From a virus (Duplodnaviria > Caudoviricetes), in the IMG/VR virus record IMGVR_UViG_3300018430_000021, positions 227,103-291,102 of that record: a DNA stretch of 64,000 nucleotides, one strand, 5' to 3'. The position numbers and the translations under genes are program-made. Positions 47,366 to 56,962 of the stretch are shown here, piece after piece (within the stretch, counting starts at the first letter, position 1; every line of letters begins with the position of its first letter). The notes below the pieces were generated by a model. It was not told where the DNA came from and did no database searches. It worked only from the letters and a program-made list of their open reading frames with translations.

Positions 47366-49156
47366 AATGTATCTCCTTTAGAAGTTTCAACCATTTGTGC
47401 TCGCTTTATGCCAAGAAGCTCTCTATACATCTGAAGCTGGTTCAACTTAAGATTTCTGTTAATACAATCAGAAGAAAGGACATATTCTAGGTCCTTGATT
47501 TCATTCTCAAGCCAATGAATTTTCATTTCTTCTGTCTTCAATCTATTTGCATTCATGTCTAGGGTTTCTGTATCAGATTTCCCTTTTGTTAATTCATTCA
47601 AGTATATTTTTTTCATCATGTTATTTATCCTTATTATTGAAAATTCGTCATCATTAACCACCAAGCATCAAACATTCCAACGACTTTATGCTAGCCTTTT
47701 CAGCATCGGTAAGAGGTTCAAAGTCCTCGTTAAAGTACCGCACTGCGTCACGGATTTTATCCTTGATGTTATCCAGTGCTACTTTCCGTGGGTCAATCGG
47801 ACTTGCCGTCTTATAGCTGATGTCAAGTCGGTCTGACCTATCTACAAGAGACAGTTCTGTAATGTCCATGTCGCCGAAGTGAGACTCCATTGTGGTGAGT
47901 TCATCTATGATGTTTTTCTTGAGTTTACTGATTTGCATAATGTTTCTCCTTTGGAATTTTTACCCATTTACCTTTATGCTGGTCTTCCCAAGCATCCTCG
48001 CCAGCATCATAATCCTGCCATTTAAGACCTATATCTGCGGCTGCCTCTTTCATTTCTTGGATAAGGCTTTCCTGCTCTTCAAGTTTGTCGAGCACATCCT
48101 TACACATTTCACGAAGGTTAGTTTGAAATGTGAAATATTGCTCATTTTCGCGTTTCTTTATTTCAACACGAAGCCCGCGCTTGATGTCATATCTATATGC
48201 ATAAATTAATCCTTTAACGTAAAGTCAATAATTAAACACAAAGGAATAAATGAAAGTAATCCTGATATAATTGAAAGTATTATTAAGGTGACACTATTAA
48301 TTCCACTTCCATCTATTGGATTAATAACTCCGATAAAAGCCAGGAATGCAATTAGCCAATTAAATCCAGTCCATATTGAGCATAATATTATTGCAAATAC
48401 AGCCGTAAATGGATCAGTATGCTCTGGATTACCACCTGCTCTTCTGTGTATCATTCTTCCAGTAACATTCATCTGACCCGGAACCCATGAACCTATCATT
48501 CTACTTTACCTCCCTCAATAATGCTTCAACCCGTTCCTTTACATCAGTCCACTTATTAGATATAGCAAGATAGTCCTTATTTTTCTCAGTAGCCAAATCG
48601 TTATGGTGCTGTAATCTTGCCATAGCACCATAGTAATTTTCAGCATACGTAGCTATTTGTCTGGTTTTCCGTAGATTGTCCTGTTTCATATTCCGTAACT
48701 GTTCATCTTGATACCTTATTACTTGCTTGTACGCTTCAGTATCATGAAAAAGGGAATTAATTATATCATTCTGTTCATCTGTTTTCGATTTATCTAAATT
48801 ACTTTGTGCTTCTTTTGTATTCTCCATACAAAAAAGATAAGCAGTTTGTTCATGTATTTTAGCAAGTTTTTCAATACATATTTCACGAGGATATTCATGT
48901 TCTTGAATATCTAAAGCCACCGCCTGTATTTTTTCAAGCACTTCTCTAAACTCGTCAAATGATAAATTAAGCGATACGTTATCAAGCGGTTTCTTCATAT
49001 AACTCCTTTTATCTGATAGAGCTATCCTTATATACGGATAAACTCTTTTTAACATAATAATATAGCAAAAGGATTGACTTCTGTCAACCCTTTAATATTA
49101 TTTTCTGAAAATTAAACTGACTCAAATAAAAAATCAGTAACCAACTCATATTTTTC

Positions 49157-49765
49157 TTAATTTTTCTCAGAACGATCACGAATAGCGACAAAGAGGTCGT
49201 CACAGTCTTTTTGGAACTGGTCTAAATCAGTCGGAACGACTTTGCGGTTGAGCCATTCTTCCTTCGACTTAATGCCGTCGATATTGAAGAAAGTGTCTTC
49301 TTTTAGAGTCTTGGCGATGATTCGAGAGTGTGTGATGACGAGGAGGCCATAAGACTTTTTGAGTACTTCATCCTTAACAGAGTTGATGTAGTTAGCAACT
49401 GCGAGCTGGAGCTCTTCTCCCATGCCGAGCTCTACTTCATCGAGAACAATGAAGCGTTCTTCATGGTTAATAATCGACTTGAGCAAATGGACAGTGTTGT
49501 CTCCCGTAGAAGTCCATTCAGAGTCACGAAGGAAGTTGATTCCTATTGTGCTGCTGAGTCCAGCACGTGACATGAAGGACAGAGAGCTGACCAGACGTTC
49601 TGGGCTGTCTTTTCCGAGCTTCTTTTGAATTCGTGTCGGAAGAATCTTACGAATTACAGACTTTCCAGCGCCATTCGACCCAGTGAGAATGGTAAGTTTT
49701 CCAAGTTCGATTGAGTCAGCAATCTCAATCAGTCGGTCAATGTGCTTATTCCATTCTTTTTTCAT
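49157..49765 (-). CDS. ABC/AAA-type ATPase
   Basis: LTGSNGAGKS, STG, VLDEVE, ITHS; start at MKKEW because the longer ORF overlaps tRNAs. Confidence 0.75.
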   Translation of the reverse strand: MKKEWNKHIDRLIEIADSIELGKLTILTGSNGAGKSVIRKILPTRIQKKLGKDSPERLVSSLSFMSRAGLSSTIGINFLRDSEWTSTGDNTVHLLKSIINHEERFIVLDEVELGMGEELQLAVANYINSVKDEVLKKSYGLLVITHSRIIAKTLKEDTFFNIDGIKSKEEWLNRKVVPTDLDQFQKDCDDLFVAIRDRSEKN

Positions 49766-49829
49766 TGTTATTTTTCCTTTTTCTTTAAATATAAAAAAAG
49801 GATTGACTTTCGTCAACCCTTTAATATAG

Positions 49830-49904
49830 TGGAGGCGATTGGAATTGAACCAATCAAGAGAGGAACATTCTGTGCAAAAGTTGCGGAAAGTAACCTTTGC
49901 CCCC
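49830..49904 (-). ncRNA. mini tRNA-like RNA: Ala acceptor, T-arm and GCA-N6-GUUCCU module
   Basis: GGGGGCA/CGCCTCC-A (G3:U70); no D-arm or anticodon arm. Confidence 0.65.
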
Positions 49905-49909
49905 ATTAG

Positions 49910-49983
49910 TGGATCCAGTGGTATTCGAAACCACAACCTCCCGCTTGCAGGGCGGGTGCTCTGCCAAATTGAGCTATGAACCC
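49910..49983 (-). tRNA. tRNA-Ala(TGC), C33
   Basis: Loop CCTGCAA, G3:U70. Confidence 0.9.
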
Positions 49984-49990
49984 ATGTTAG

Positions 49991-50063
49991 TAGCGGCGTC
50001 GGGAATCGAACCCGAATGCCAGGATTGAAGGTCCCGTGAACTAAGCCGTTATTCTACGTCGCC
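49991..50063 (-). tRNA. tRNA-Glu(TTC), C33
   Basis: Loop CCTTCAA. Confidence 0.85.
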
Positions 50064-50073
50064 ATAATTTTAG

Positions 50074-50146
50074 TAGTCCTATACAGATTCGAACTGTAGT
50101 AACTTGGCTGAGAACCAAGTGGCCTTGACCGCTAGCCGATAGAACC
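50074..50146 (-). tRNA. tRNA-Glu(CTC)
   Basis: Loop TTCTCAG. Confidence 0.9.
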
Positions 50147-50153
50147 ATATTAG

Positions 50154-50228
50154 TGCCACCGACAGGGGTCGAACCTGTGACGCGAAGATCTTCGGTCTTC
50201 CGCTCTACCAAAACTGAGCTACAGTGGC
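50154..50228 (-). tRNA. tRNA-Phe(GAA), C33
   Basis: Loop CCGAAGA. Confidence 0.85.
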
Positions 50229-50240
50229 ATATATTTTTTA

Positions 50241-50315
50241 TGGACCGTAGGAGGCTCGAACTCCTGACCCCCAGAATGCAAATCTGGTGCTCTACCAAAA
50301 CTGAGCTAACAGCCC
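50241..50315 (-). tRNA. tRNA-Ala(TGC)
   Basis: Loop TTTGCAT, G3:U70. Confidence 0.9.
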
Positions 50316-50320
50316 GAAAA

Positions 50321-50448
50321 TAAAACTGACCTTACTCATCTCAACGCGTACTATTGACTTTCGGTAAGCGCATACGGGATTCGAACCCGTGACCAGCGGC
50401 CTTCACACCGCCTGTTCTACCGCCGAACAAAATGCGTTATCAGTTTTA
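50321..50448 (-). ncRNA. tRNA-like core (about 50366-50438, irregular anticodon loop) inside a longer closing stem
   Basis: D- and T-arms present; loop region TGTGAAGG; flanked by TAAAACTGA/TCAGTTTTA. Confidence 0.55.
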
Positions 50449-50449
50449 G

Positions 50450-50523
50450 TGGACACATATGGGATTCGAACCCATGACGTTTTCCCTGCCAGGGAAACAT
50501 TCTACCAACTGAATTAATGGCCC
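50450..50523 (-). tRNA. tRNA-Ala(GGC)
   Basis: Loop CTGGCAG; acceptor with a 1-nt bulge. Confidence 0.85.
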
Positions 50524-50534
50524 ATGATTTTTAG

Positions 50535-50608
50535 TAGCGCTGTCGGGACTCGAACCCGAATTTCCGACTTGAAAGGCCGGTGAACTGAACCAGTTATTCG
50601 ACAGCGCC
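50535..50608 (-). tRNA. tRNA-Glu(TTC)
   Basis: Loop CTTTCAA. Confidence 0.9.
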
Positions 50609-50617
50609 GAAATTTAG

Positions 50618-50691
50618 TGGACACATATGGGATTCGAACCCATGACGTTCTGCGTGCAAAGCAGACATTCTACCAACTGAATTAATGGCCC
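50618..50691 (-). tRNA. tRNA-Ala(TGC)
   Basis: Loop TTTGCAC; body identical to 50450..50523 apart from the anticodon arm. Confidence 0.85.
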
Positions 50692-50700
50692 AAATGTTAG

Positions 50701-50773
50701 TACTCCGTCCCGGATTCGAACCGGGGTTATCCGATAGAAAGTCGGATGGCTTAAACCGCTGGCCGAACGGAGC
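50701..50773 (-). tRNA. tRNA-Glu(TTC)
   Basis: Loop CTTTCTA. Confidence 0.9.
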
Positions 50774-50784
50774 ATATTTTGTAG

Positions 50785-50857
50785 TGCCAAGTTCCGGAGT
50801 CGAACCGGATTTCTGGGATTTTCAGTCCCGTCCATTCCCACGATTGGATGCCATGGC
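50785..50857 (-). tRNA. tRNA-Phe(GAA), divergent
   Basis: Loop CTGAAAA; imperfect acceptor and D arms. Confidence 0.65.
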
Positions 50858-50858
50858 A

Positions 50859-50893
50859 TAAAAGAAAAGTTCCTGTGCTTGTGCACAGGAACC
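50859..50893 (-). terminator. attenuator terminator of the Ala/Glu/Phe tRNA operon
   Basis: GTTCCTGTGC-ACAA-GCACAGGAAC followed by TTTTCTTTT. Confidence 0.85.
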
Positions 50894-50917
50894 GTTTTTA
50901 AAACTCTAATCGGTTAA

Positions 50918-51031
50918 CTACCTGATCCTATGCACTGTATTTGAATCAAATGCTTCAAACGCTGCAGCTGCAAATTCAGCTGCGGCACGTTCTGCTGCAA
51001 AAAATTCATGTTCAAATACGTTCATAGTCAT
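50918..51031 (-). CDS. leader peptide MTMNVFEHEFFAAERAAAEFAAAAFEAFDSNTVHRIR
   Basis: RBS AAAGGT; 10 Ala, 6 Phe and 5 Glu out of 37 residues. Confidence 0.88.
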   Translation of the reverse strand: MTMNVFEHEFFAAERAAAEFAAAAFEAFDSNTVHRIR

Positions 51032-51215
51032 TTTGTTACCTTTTGTTATTATATATAAAAATTTTTTTCCTGTTTTTGCAAAAGTTTGATTCGGCCAATG
51101 GACTCCATCCAAAGTTTTACGTCAGCTCTGCACCGAATCATCTGATGCATCAGTTATGTGTTAAATATAGTAAAAAGTTGTTGGTTTGTAAACCCCTTTT
51201 TAAAATATTTTTTCG

Positions 51216-51327
51216 TGGGGAAGGCAGGATTCGAACCTACGACACACGCCTTGGAATGGAAATAGGAACGTTATATGCATTTCTACGAAACGTAAATACC
51301 GTTGCTCTACCACTGAGCTACTTCCCC
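51216..51327 (-). ncRNA. tRNA scaffold with the module inserted in the anticodon arm
   Basis: Canonical acceptor, D- and T-arms; about 40 extra nt containing GCATATAACGTTCCTAT. Confidence 0.7.
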
Positions 51328-51332
51328 GAGTG

Positions 51333-51644
51333 GTTAACGCGAAATGTATGAACTCATCTAAAAAATAATGCTTTTGATAGGAACATTCTTTGCGTTAACG
51401 ATGTTAAATATAGTAAAAAGTTGTTGGTTTGTCAACCCCTTTTTTAAAATATTTTTAGCCGGCGAGACTGGATTCGAACCAATAACCCAAAGTACCCTTT
51501 AGATAGGAAGCATTGGTGCTGAAAGCGAATACTAAATCTTAAACTTTTGCTCTACCGATTGAGCTACTCGCCGAGATGTTAACGCGAAATGTATAAACTG
51601 ATCGAAAATAATGTTTTTTTGATAGGAACATTCTTTGCGTTAAC
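51333..51644 (-). repeat. two copies (51333-51399, 51578-51644) of a ~67-nt hairpin RNA carrying the module, each after its own promoter
   Basis: GTTAACGC...GCGTTAAC ends; GCAAAGAATGTTCCTAT in both. Confidence 0.8.
51459..51573 (-). ncRNA. tRNA-Pro-like scaffold with the module inserted in the anticodon loop
   Basis: CGGCGAG/CTCGCCG acceptor; AAAGT/ACTTT stem around an insert with GCACCAATGCTTCCTAT. Confidence 0.7.
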
Positions 51645-51684
51645 AGGGTTAAATATAGCAAATTGCTTTGTGTTTGTCAACCGC

Positions 51685-53022
51685 TTATTGTAACTTTTTT
51701 TCCTCCTTCAAGTTTTTTCTGGAACGTTCTTTTTGTTCTTCAAGTAACTTGTTGAAACCGTCAAGGTCAACGGTAAGGTTATGCTGTTCACAAAGCATTT
51801 GTGTCAAGTCGACAGGAAAACCATAAGTATCATAAAGCTTGAAAGAATCAAAACCAGACAATACATTTCCATCCATCTTGGAAACAATATTGTTAAACTG
51901 CTTGATTCCGCTATCAAGGTTCTTCAAGAATCTTGATTCTTCATTCTTGATAACTTCAGTTACGAATTCTTGTCTTTCCTTAATTTCCGGATATACGTCA
52001 CCCATTACGTCGATAACAACCGGAACGAGCTTATACATAAACGGTTCATTGATATTTAACATCTTGCAGAACAAAGAACCTCTGCGAAGAAGCCTTCTCA
52101 ATACATATCCGCTTCCCTTATTAGAAGGCTGAAGTCCGTCAGTAATAGAAAATACAAGAGAACGAATATGGTCACTGATAACCCTGTGAGGCGTGCCGGA
52201 TTCATCATTCTTATATTCTACACCGCTAAGTTCAACAATCTTATCAATAAGTGGTTTAAACAAGTCGGTTTCATAATTACCGTTTGTATTCTGAAGAATA
52301 GAACAAATACGTTCAAATCCCATACCGGTGTCGATATTCTTCGTAGTCAACGGAATAAGCGTTCCATCAGAAAGTCTTTCTTTCTCCATGAATACAATAT
52401 TCCAGATTTCTACGTAACGGTCATTTTCACCGTTTACACCAAGGATAGGATCCTTGAATGTTTCTTCTTGAGTATTCAAATCGCCACGGTCATAATGAAT
52501 TTCAGAACAGGGACCGCATGGACCAGTATCACCCATTTCCCAGAAGTTATCTTTTTCTCCGAATCTCATAATACGGTCATCAGGTAGATTGGAAACTTCC
52601 TTCCAGATTTTCCAACTTTCATCATCGGTCTTATAAACAGAAACAAACAATCTTTCCTTAGGTAACTTCCATACTTTCGTTAAAAGCTCCCAAGACCAAG
52701 AAATAGATTCCTTTTTATAATAGTCATTGAAAGACCAGTTTCCAAGCATTTCAAAGAACGTATGATGATAGTTATCACGACCGACAACATCGAGGTCATT
52801 ATGCTTTCCAGATACACGTAAGCATTTCTGGCTGTTACATACACGTTTTAATCCTTGCGGGTTTTGACCAAAAAAGATTGGTTTAAACTGGTTCATTCCG
52901 GAATTCGTGAATAACAACGTCGGATCGTTATTGGGAATAACGGAAGAAGACTTGATAAACTGATGATTTTTTGACATAAAGAAATCAATAAAACTTTTTC
53001 TAATTTCGCTCGAGGTAAGCAT
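51685..53022 (-). CDS. alaS: alanyl-tRNA synthetase, aminoacylation and tRNA-recognition domains only; contains no Ala
   Basis: DPTLLFTNSGMNQFK, HHTFFEMLGNWSF, GPCGPCSEI, IDTGMGFER, GYVLRRLLRR, FKLYDTYGFP; ends before the editing domain. Confidence 0.95.
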   Translation of the reverse strand: MLTSSEIRKSFIDFFMSKNHQFIKSSSVIPNNDPTLLFTNSGMNQFKPIFFGQNPQGLKRVCNSQKCLRVSGKHNDLDVVGRDNYHHTFFEMLGNWSFNDYYKKESISWSWELLTKVWKLPKERLFVSVYKTDDESWKIWKEVSNLPDDRIMRFGEKDNFWEMGDTGPCGPCSEIHYDRGDLNTQEETFKDPILGVNGENDRYVEIWNIVFMEKERLSDGTLIPLTTKNIDTGMGFERICSILQNTNGNYETDLFKPLIDKIVELSGVEYKNDESGTPHRVISDHIRSLVFSITDGLQPSNKGSGYVLRRLLRRGSLFCKMLNINEPFMYKLVPVVIDVMGDVYPEIKERQEFVTEVIKNEESRFLKNLDSGIKQFNNIVSKMDGNVLSGFDSFKLYDTYGFPVDLTQMLCEQHNLTVDLDGFNKLLEEQKERSRKNLKEEKKLQ

Positions 53023-53035
53023 TTTTATTCTCCTA

Positions 53036-53070
53036 TAAAAATTAAAAGGTTCCTGTTGTGCACAGGAACC
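53036..53070 (-). terminator. terminator in the alaS leader
   Basis: GGTTCCTGT-GCACA-ACAGGAACC followed by TTTTAATTTTT, just before the alaS RBS. Confidence 0.8.
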
Positions 53071-53105
53071 AAAGTTTAGTTAATGAATATACCCATACAC
53101 ATATA

Positions 53106-53165
53106 TTATGTCATAATATATGCGGCTGCTGCGAAAATGCGAGTATTTAATATATTCATCGTCAT
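53106..53165 (-). CDS. alaS leader peptide MTMNILNTRIFAAAAYIMT
   Basis: GCA GCA GCC GCA run; MTMN start shared with the Ala/Glu/Phe leader. Confidence 0.8.
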   Translation of the reverse strand: MTMNILNTRIFAAAAYIMT

Positions 53166-53628
53166 GTCTTAAATATATATAATTTTTCTATTTTTGTAAA
53201 TGCTTTTTATTCAGGATGTTTGATGTCTTCTATTTCTCGTACCATGTCTCTTTCCGGGCTTTCTGAATTTTCATCCAAATAACGACCAGTAAGAATCATA
53301 GTATCATGGTCGGTAAATTCAAGATTCGGTTTACCTTCGGCCATATTCTCATAGTCCTCAGTAACAAGGTCTCTCCAAGAAGTATAACCGATTTGGTCCC
53401 AATTCCTATCGAAGAATTGGACTGCATTAGTTCCAACTTCCTTGGCGACAACTGCACCGAACATTCCATCCTTTCGCATTATAGATAAACCAGAAATGAA
53501 TTTACCCTTTTTGGTGGCACAAGAATGCATAATCTTCAACGGCTTATTCTCAAAAACAATTCTAAGCATACCGAAAATATCAAGTGCCTTTACCGGATGT
53601 TCAACAGTTTTAATTTCTGGAAGTTCCA

Positions 53629-54162
53629 TTAGTATTCAAGCTCCTCTTTATATCCGGCTAAAAGTTTTGCACGGACTTCATCAAGAACCTTACCAAGGCG
53701 GTTTTCGCCTTTCCAGTTTGCCTCGTCATTAATCAACGGGTCAAATTCACCGAGACCGACACCCCAGATTTTGTCAACCGGACTAGCTTCGACGAATTTC
53801 TTACCTTCAAGGGCAGGATCCGTAATCTTGTCGAACAGAATCTTATTCTGACTATACTTACTCAAACATGCGTTGAGCATGATATTGTAAGAAATCTTAT
53901 TCCATTCGTCCTGATTAAAACCTTCGACCATACGGCCAAGCTTCTTGGCCTTATAGGAATCAGCTTCCTTGAAATTAAGAGCTTCAATTTCATTCAGCGT
54001 AGCCATATCGTTAAAACAATATGCCTTATGCCACATATAGCATTGTTCAGAACTGAAAAATTCATGAATCTGCCCGTCAAGACACTTGGTCTTCATCGGT
54101 GCCCAAGCGAAATTTGACGGCCAGTCGCCCCAAAATAAAATGTGCTTATCTGTAATTGTCAT
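53629..54162 (-). CDS. NADAR (YbiA-like) family protein
   Basis: SNF, SSEQCYMWHKA..F.D, KKLGR.V, EASP.DKIWG.G, GENRLG..L..VR. Confidence 0.9.
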   Translation of the reverse strand: MTITDKHILFWGDWPSNFAWAPMKTKCLDGQIHEFFSSEQCYMWHKAYCFNDMATLNEIEALNFKEADSYKAKKLGRMVEGFNQDEWNKISYNIMLNACLSKYSQNKILFDKITDPALEGKKFVEASPVDKIWGVGLGEFDPLINDEANWKGENRLGKVLDEVRAKLLAGYKEELEY

Positions 54163-56962
54163 ATTAAATAAACCAAATAATTGAAGATTTACCGGATTCT
54201 TTAAGTTCAATTTTGTCGTAAACTTTACGTATTCTTGTAATCTGCCAAAGGAATGCATCACATGTTTTGGCGTAATCATTTTCGTCAATTACATTAGTAA
54301 ATGGAATAGGCGTTTCCTCAGACAGCTTTACATCTGTAAATTTAGTTTCATCAAGCTTATAGTACCAGGCTGGCATTTTCTTCAGAAACTTATTAAATGT
54401 AAATTCAGAATCCTTATTATAAAGTTTACTATGCAAATACAAATGCAATTCGACCAAATCTTCAATAGAAAGAATGAAACCGGTATTATACTGTTTTTCG
54501 TTTGAAGCTTTTTCGATTATCTTGCATCCACGTTTCTTAAGGAACTTAACAGCTTCCTTTCTTAACATAATGCGGGTAAGCTTTACAATATAATGCTCGT
54601 TGGCCTTGTTTCCAATGACAGGAGAATCTTCCTTGAATAAAGCCATATCGTTGAGCTTTTCAAGTGAATTACAATATACTGTCATCGAAAGCTCGTCGTT
54701 ATACAACTTATCAATCAATGCAAGATAACGTTTAAGCTTTTTGTTTTCGACAATACTATAGAAATCACTACAGTAAATGCCAGAACCTTCTTCACGAACA
54801 TTATACATTCTTTGATAGACATAAAACGCCAAAGATTCACGTTGACATTCATAGGTGCTTACTATTCTTGATAGTTCATATTTTGACATTTGTCATCACC
54901 CTTTAAGACAATTTAATTCGAGAATATCTTTTAATGCAAATAAATGATTATTGAAAGTATCAATATTTTTTATTTTTAAAAGTTCTCGTATAGTTTTTTC
55001 GTTGCGTTTCATATTAATAACAGCGTACCAAATTGGTTCCTGTGTATCAGCAGTCTTAAGAACCCAAGTACGGGAATTTGGTACTTCTGTTACCGAAGGA
55101 TAGTGTAAATCTGGAGTATTATATGACAATGGATATAAAACATACTTTCCACCGTTTTCTACACGGCAGATAAGCTTATATGACAATTTACTCCAAATGT
55201 TCCAGGCCATTACTTAACTTCTGACTTTAAGAGTTCATCATAGCGCTCACGAATATCGGCGCTGAGTTCCTTGCGTCCTTCGACAGCAGAAGAATGAGAA
55301 GCCCAGAACGAAATGAGGATAAGCAGGGTAACGAACGGACCCATGCAGATACCCATAGCGGCGAGCAAAACATTAATAGCATTATCGAGCTTGACACGCT
55401 TAAAGATTACACATGCGTTAAAGATACCGCACAGAATCCAAAGAATTGTACTGATTTCCATATTAGTTTTCCTTTTCTGTATTGTTTAACTGTTCAGTTT
55501 CTTGAGTATCAACATATTGACACGTAATTCGATTAATCTTGACCTTAGACATAAAATATTCAGCCATGTCAAGAGTAAATTCTTCATAAACTTTCGGATT
55601 GTTATGACAGATAGATTCAAACAGTTCCTTATAGAGCTTCTGAATATCCTTTTCATAAACATATTCTACATTTGTAAGATACTTGATTGTCAGACCAACA
55701 GCGTCCTGCAATCTCATATCCGGAAAAGCATCATTAATGGATGAATAAATCTTAAACAACTTCTGGTGAACGTTGTCCAGTTCCTTATAGACCTTTTTGA
55801 GGTAATGCTTGAGAGTAAACTTATAATTTACTGGAATGCTCATTTTCTTTGTAAATACATAGCATTCATAAGTAAGTTCATAATAATTAATACTGAACTT
55901 TGCAACTAGCTGTTGGTCTACATAGCAATTAATGTACTGATATGGTGAATTGACACGTTCCTCAAAGGTAACGCGATCCTTACCGAAAACATCAGTACAA
56001 ATCTTTTTAAAGTATGTTGCATTAATTACGAACATTTTATCCCCTAGTCGTCAGCATCAAGCCAGCCTTTATGTTTCGCCACATCGTATGTAGCAGTAAT
56101 AATGGATTCAATAGTTTCATCATACTTGTCCTGAAGTAAAAACTTGATATGACTCAAAAACATCTTTTTCGCCTTATCGTCATTGTTCTTTGACTGTCTC
56201 AAGTTTTCTTCGAGAACTTCTTTAAAATATTGATACATCAATTACCACCTGATAATAAAATCGTCTGCAGGTTGCTTAAGATATTCATCTTTCTTAAATA
56301 GCTCATGACAAGCACCGCCGAGTTCTTCACCCAGCCACGATAACGCATTACAAAGATTTCGCCTTTCAACATCATTAAATTCAAGAGGCTCGCCAAGCTT
56401 AAGCTTCAAGTAAAGCTTATTCATATTCTTGCGATGCCAGCTTTCTTGTAAACTGTTCCATGCTTCGTCTGTCATAATACTACCTTAAACATAATATAGC
56501 AAACTATACTAAGTTCGTCAACCCTCTAATATGTCCAACGTCTGTTCAATCTTTTTATTCTGCTGTTCGATATAATACTTCTTAAGAAGCGCCATCATCT
56601 TTTCATATTCTGCGGTAAACATTTCCGGCCAGTTTTTAACATTGGTAGAAACATAAGTACATTCTTTCGATATGTTAGATAATATAAGTTTGTTTCTCAT
56701 ATCCAATCCGCCGATATGTGTAAACTTATATCCATGACGCGGAATATAACGAATCATTATATTCATGCCAGGAAGTCTAGTATTACGAAAGAATAACCCG
56801 CAAAAAATAGGATGTTCGATTACCCCGCTTACAACCGGACCGCCATAAATCTGGTCATTATAAAATCCATCTGTCTGATGCGGTATTCCACGTAAATCGA
56901 AAAAATCTTCAGCCATTTTCAGCTCAGAATTAAACGCATCTAACGCAGCCATACTATCGATT

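Noticed and set aside
49830-49904. tmRNA
   Set aside because: It has tmRNA-like Ala ends but is only 75 nt, with no tag reading frame or pseudoknots that I can identify
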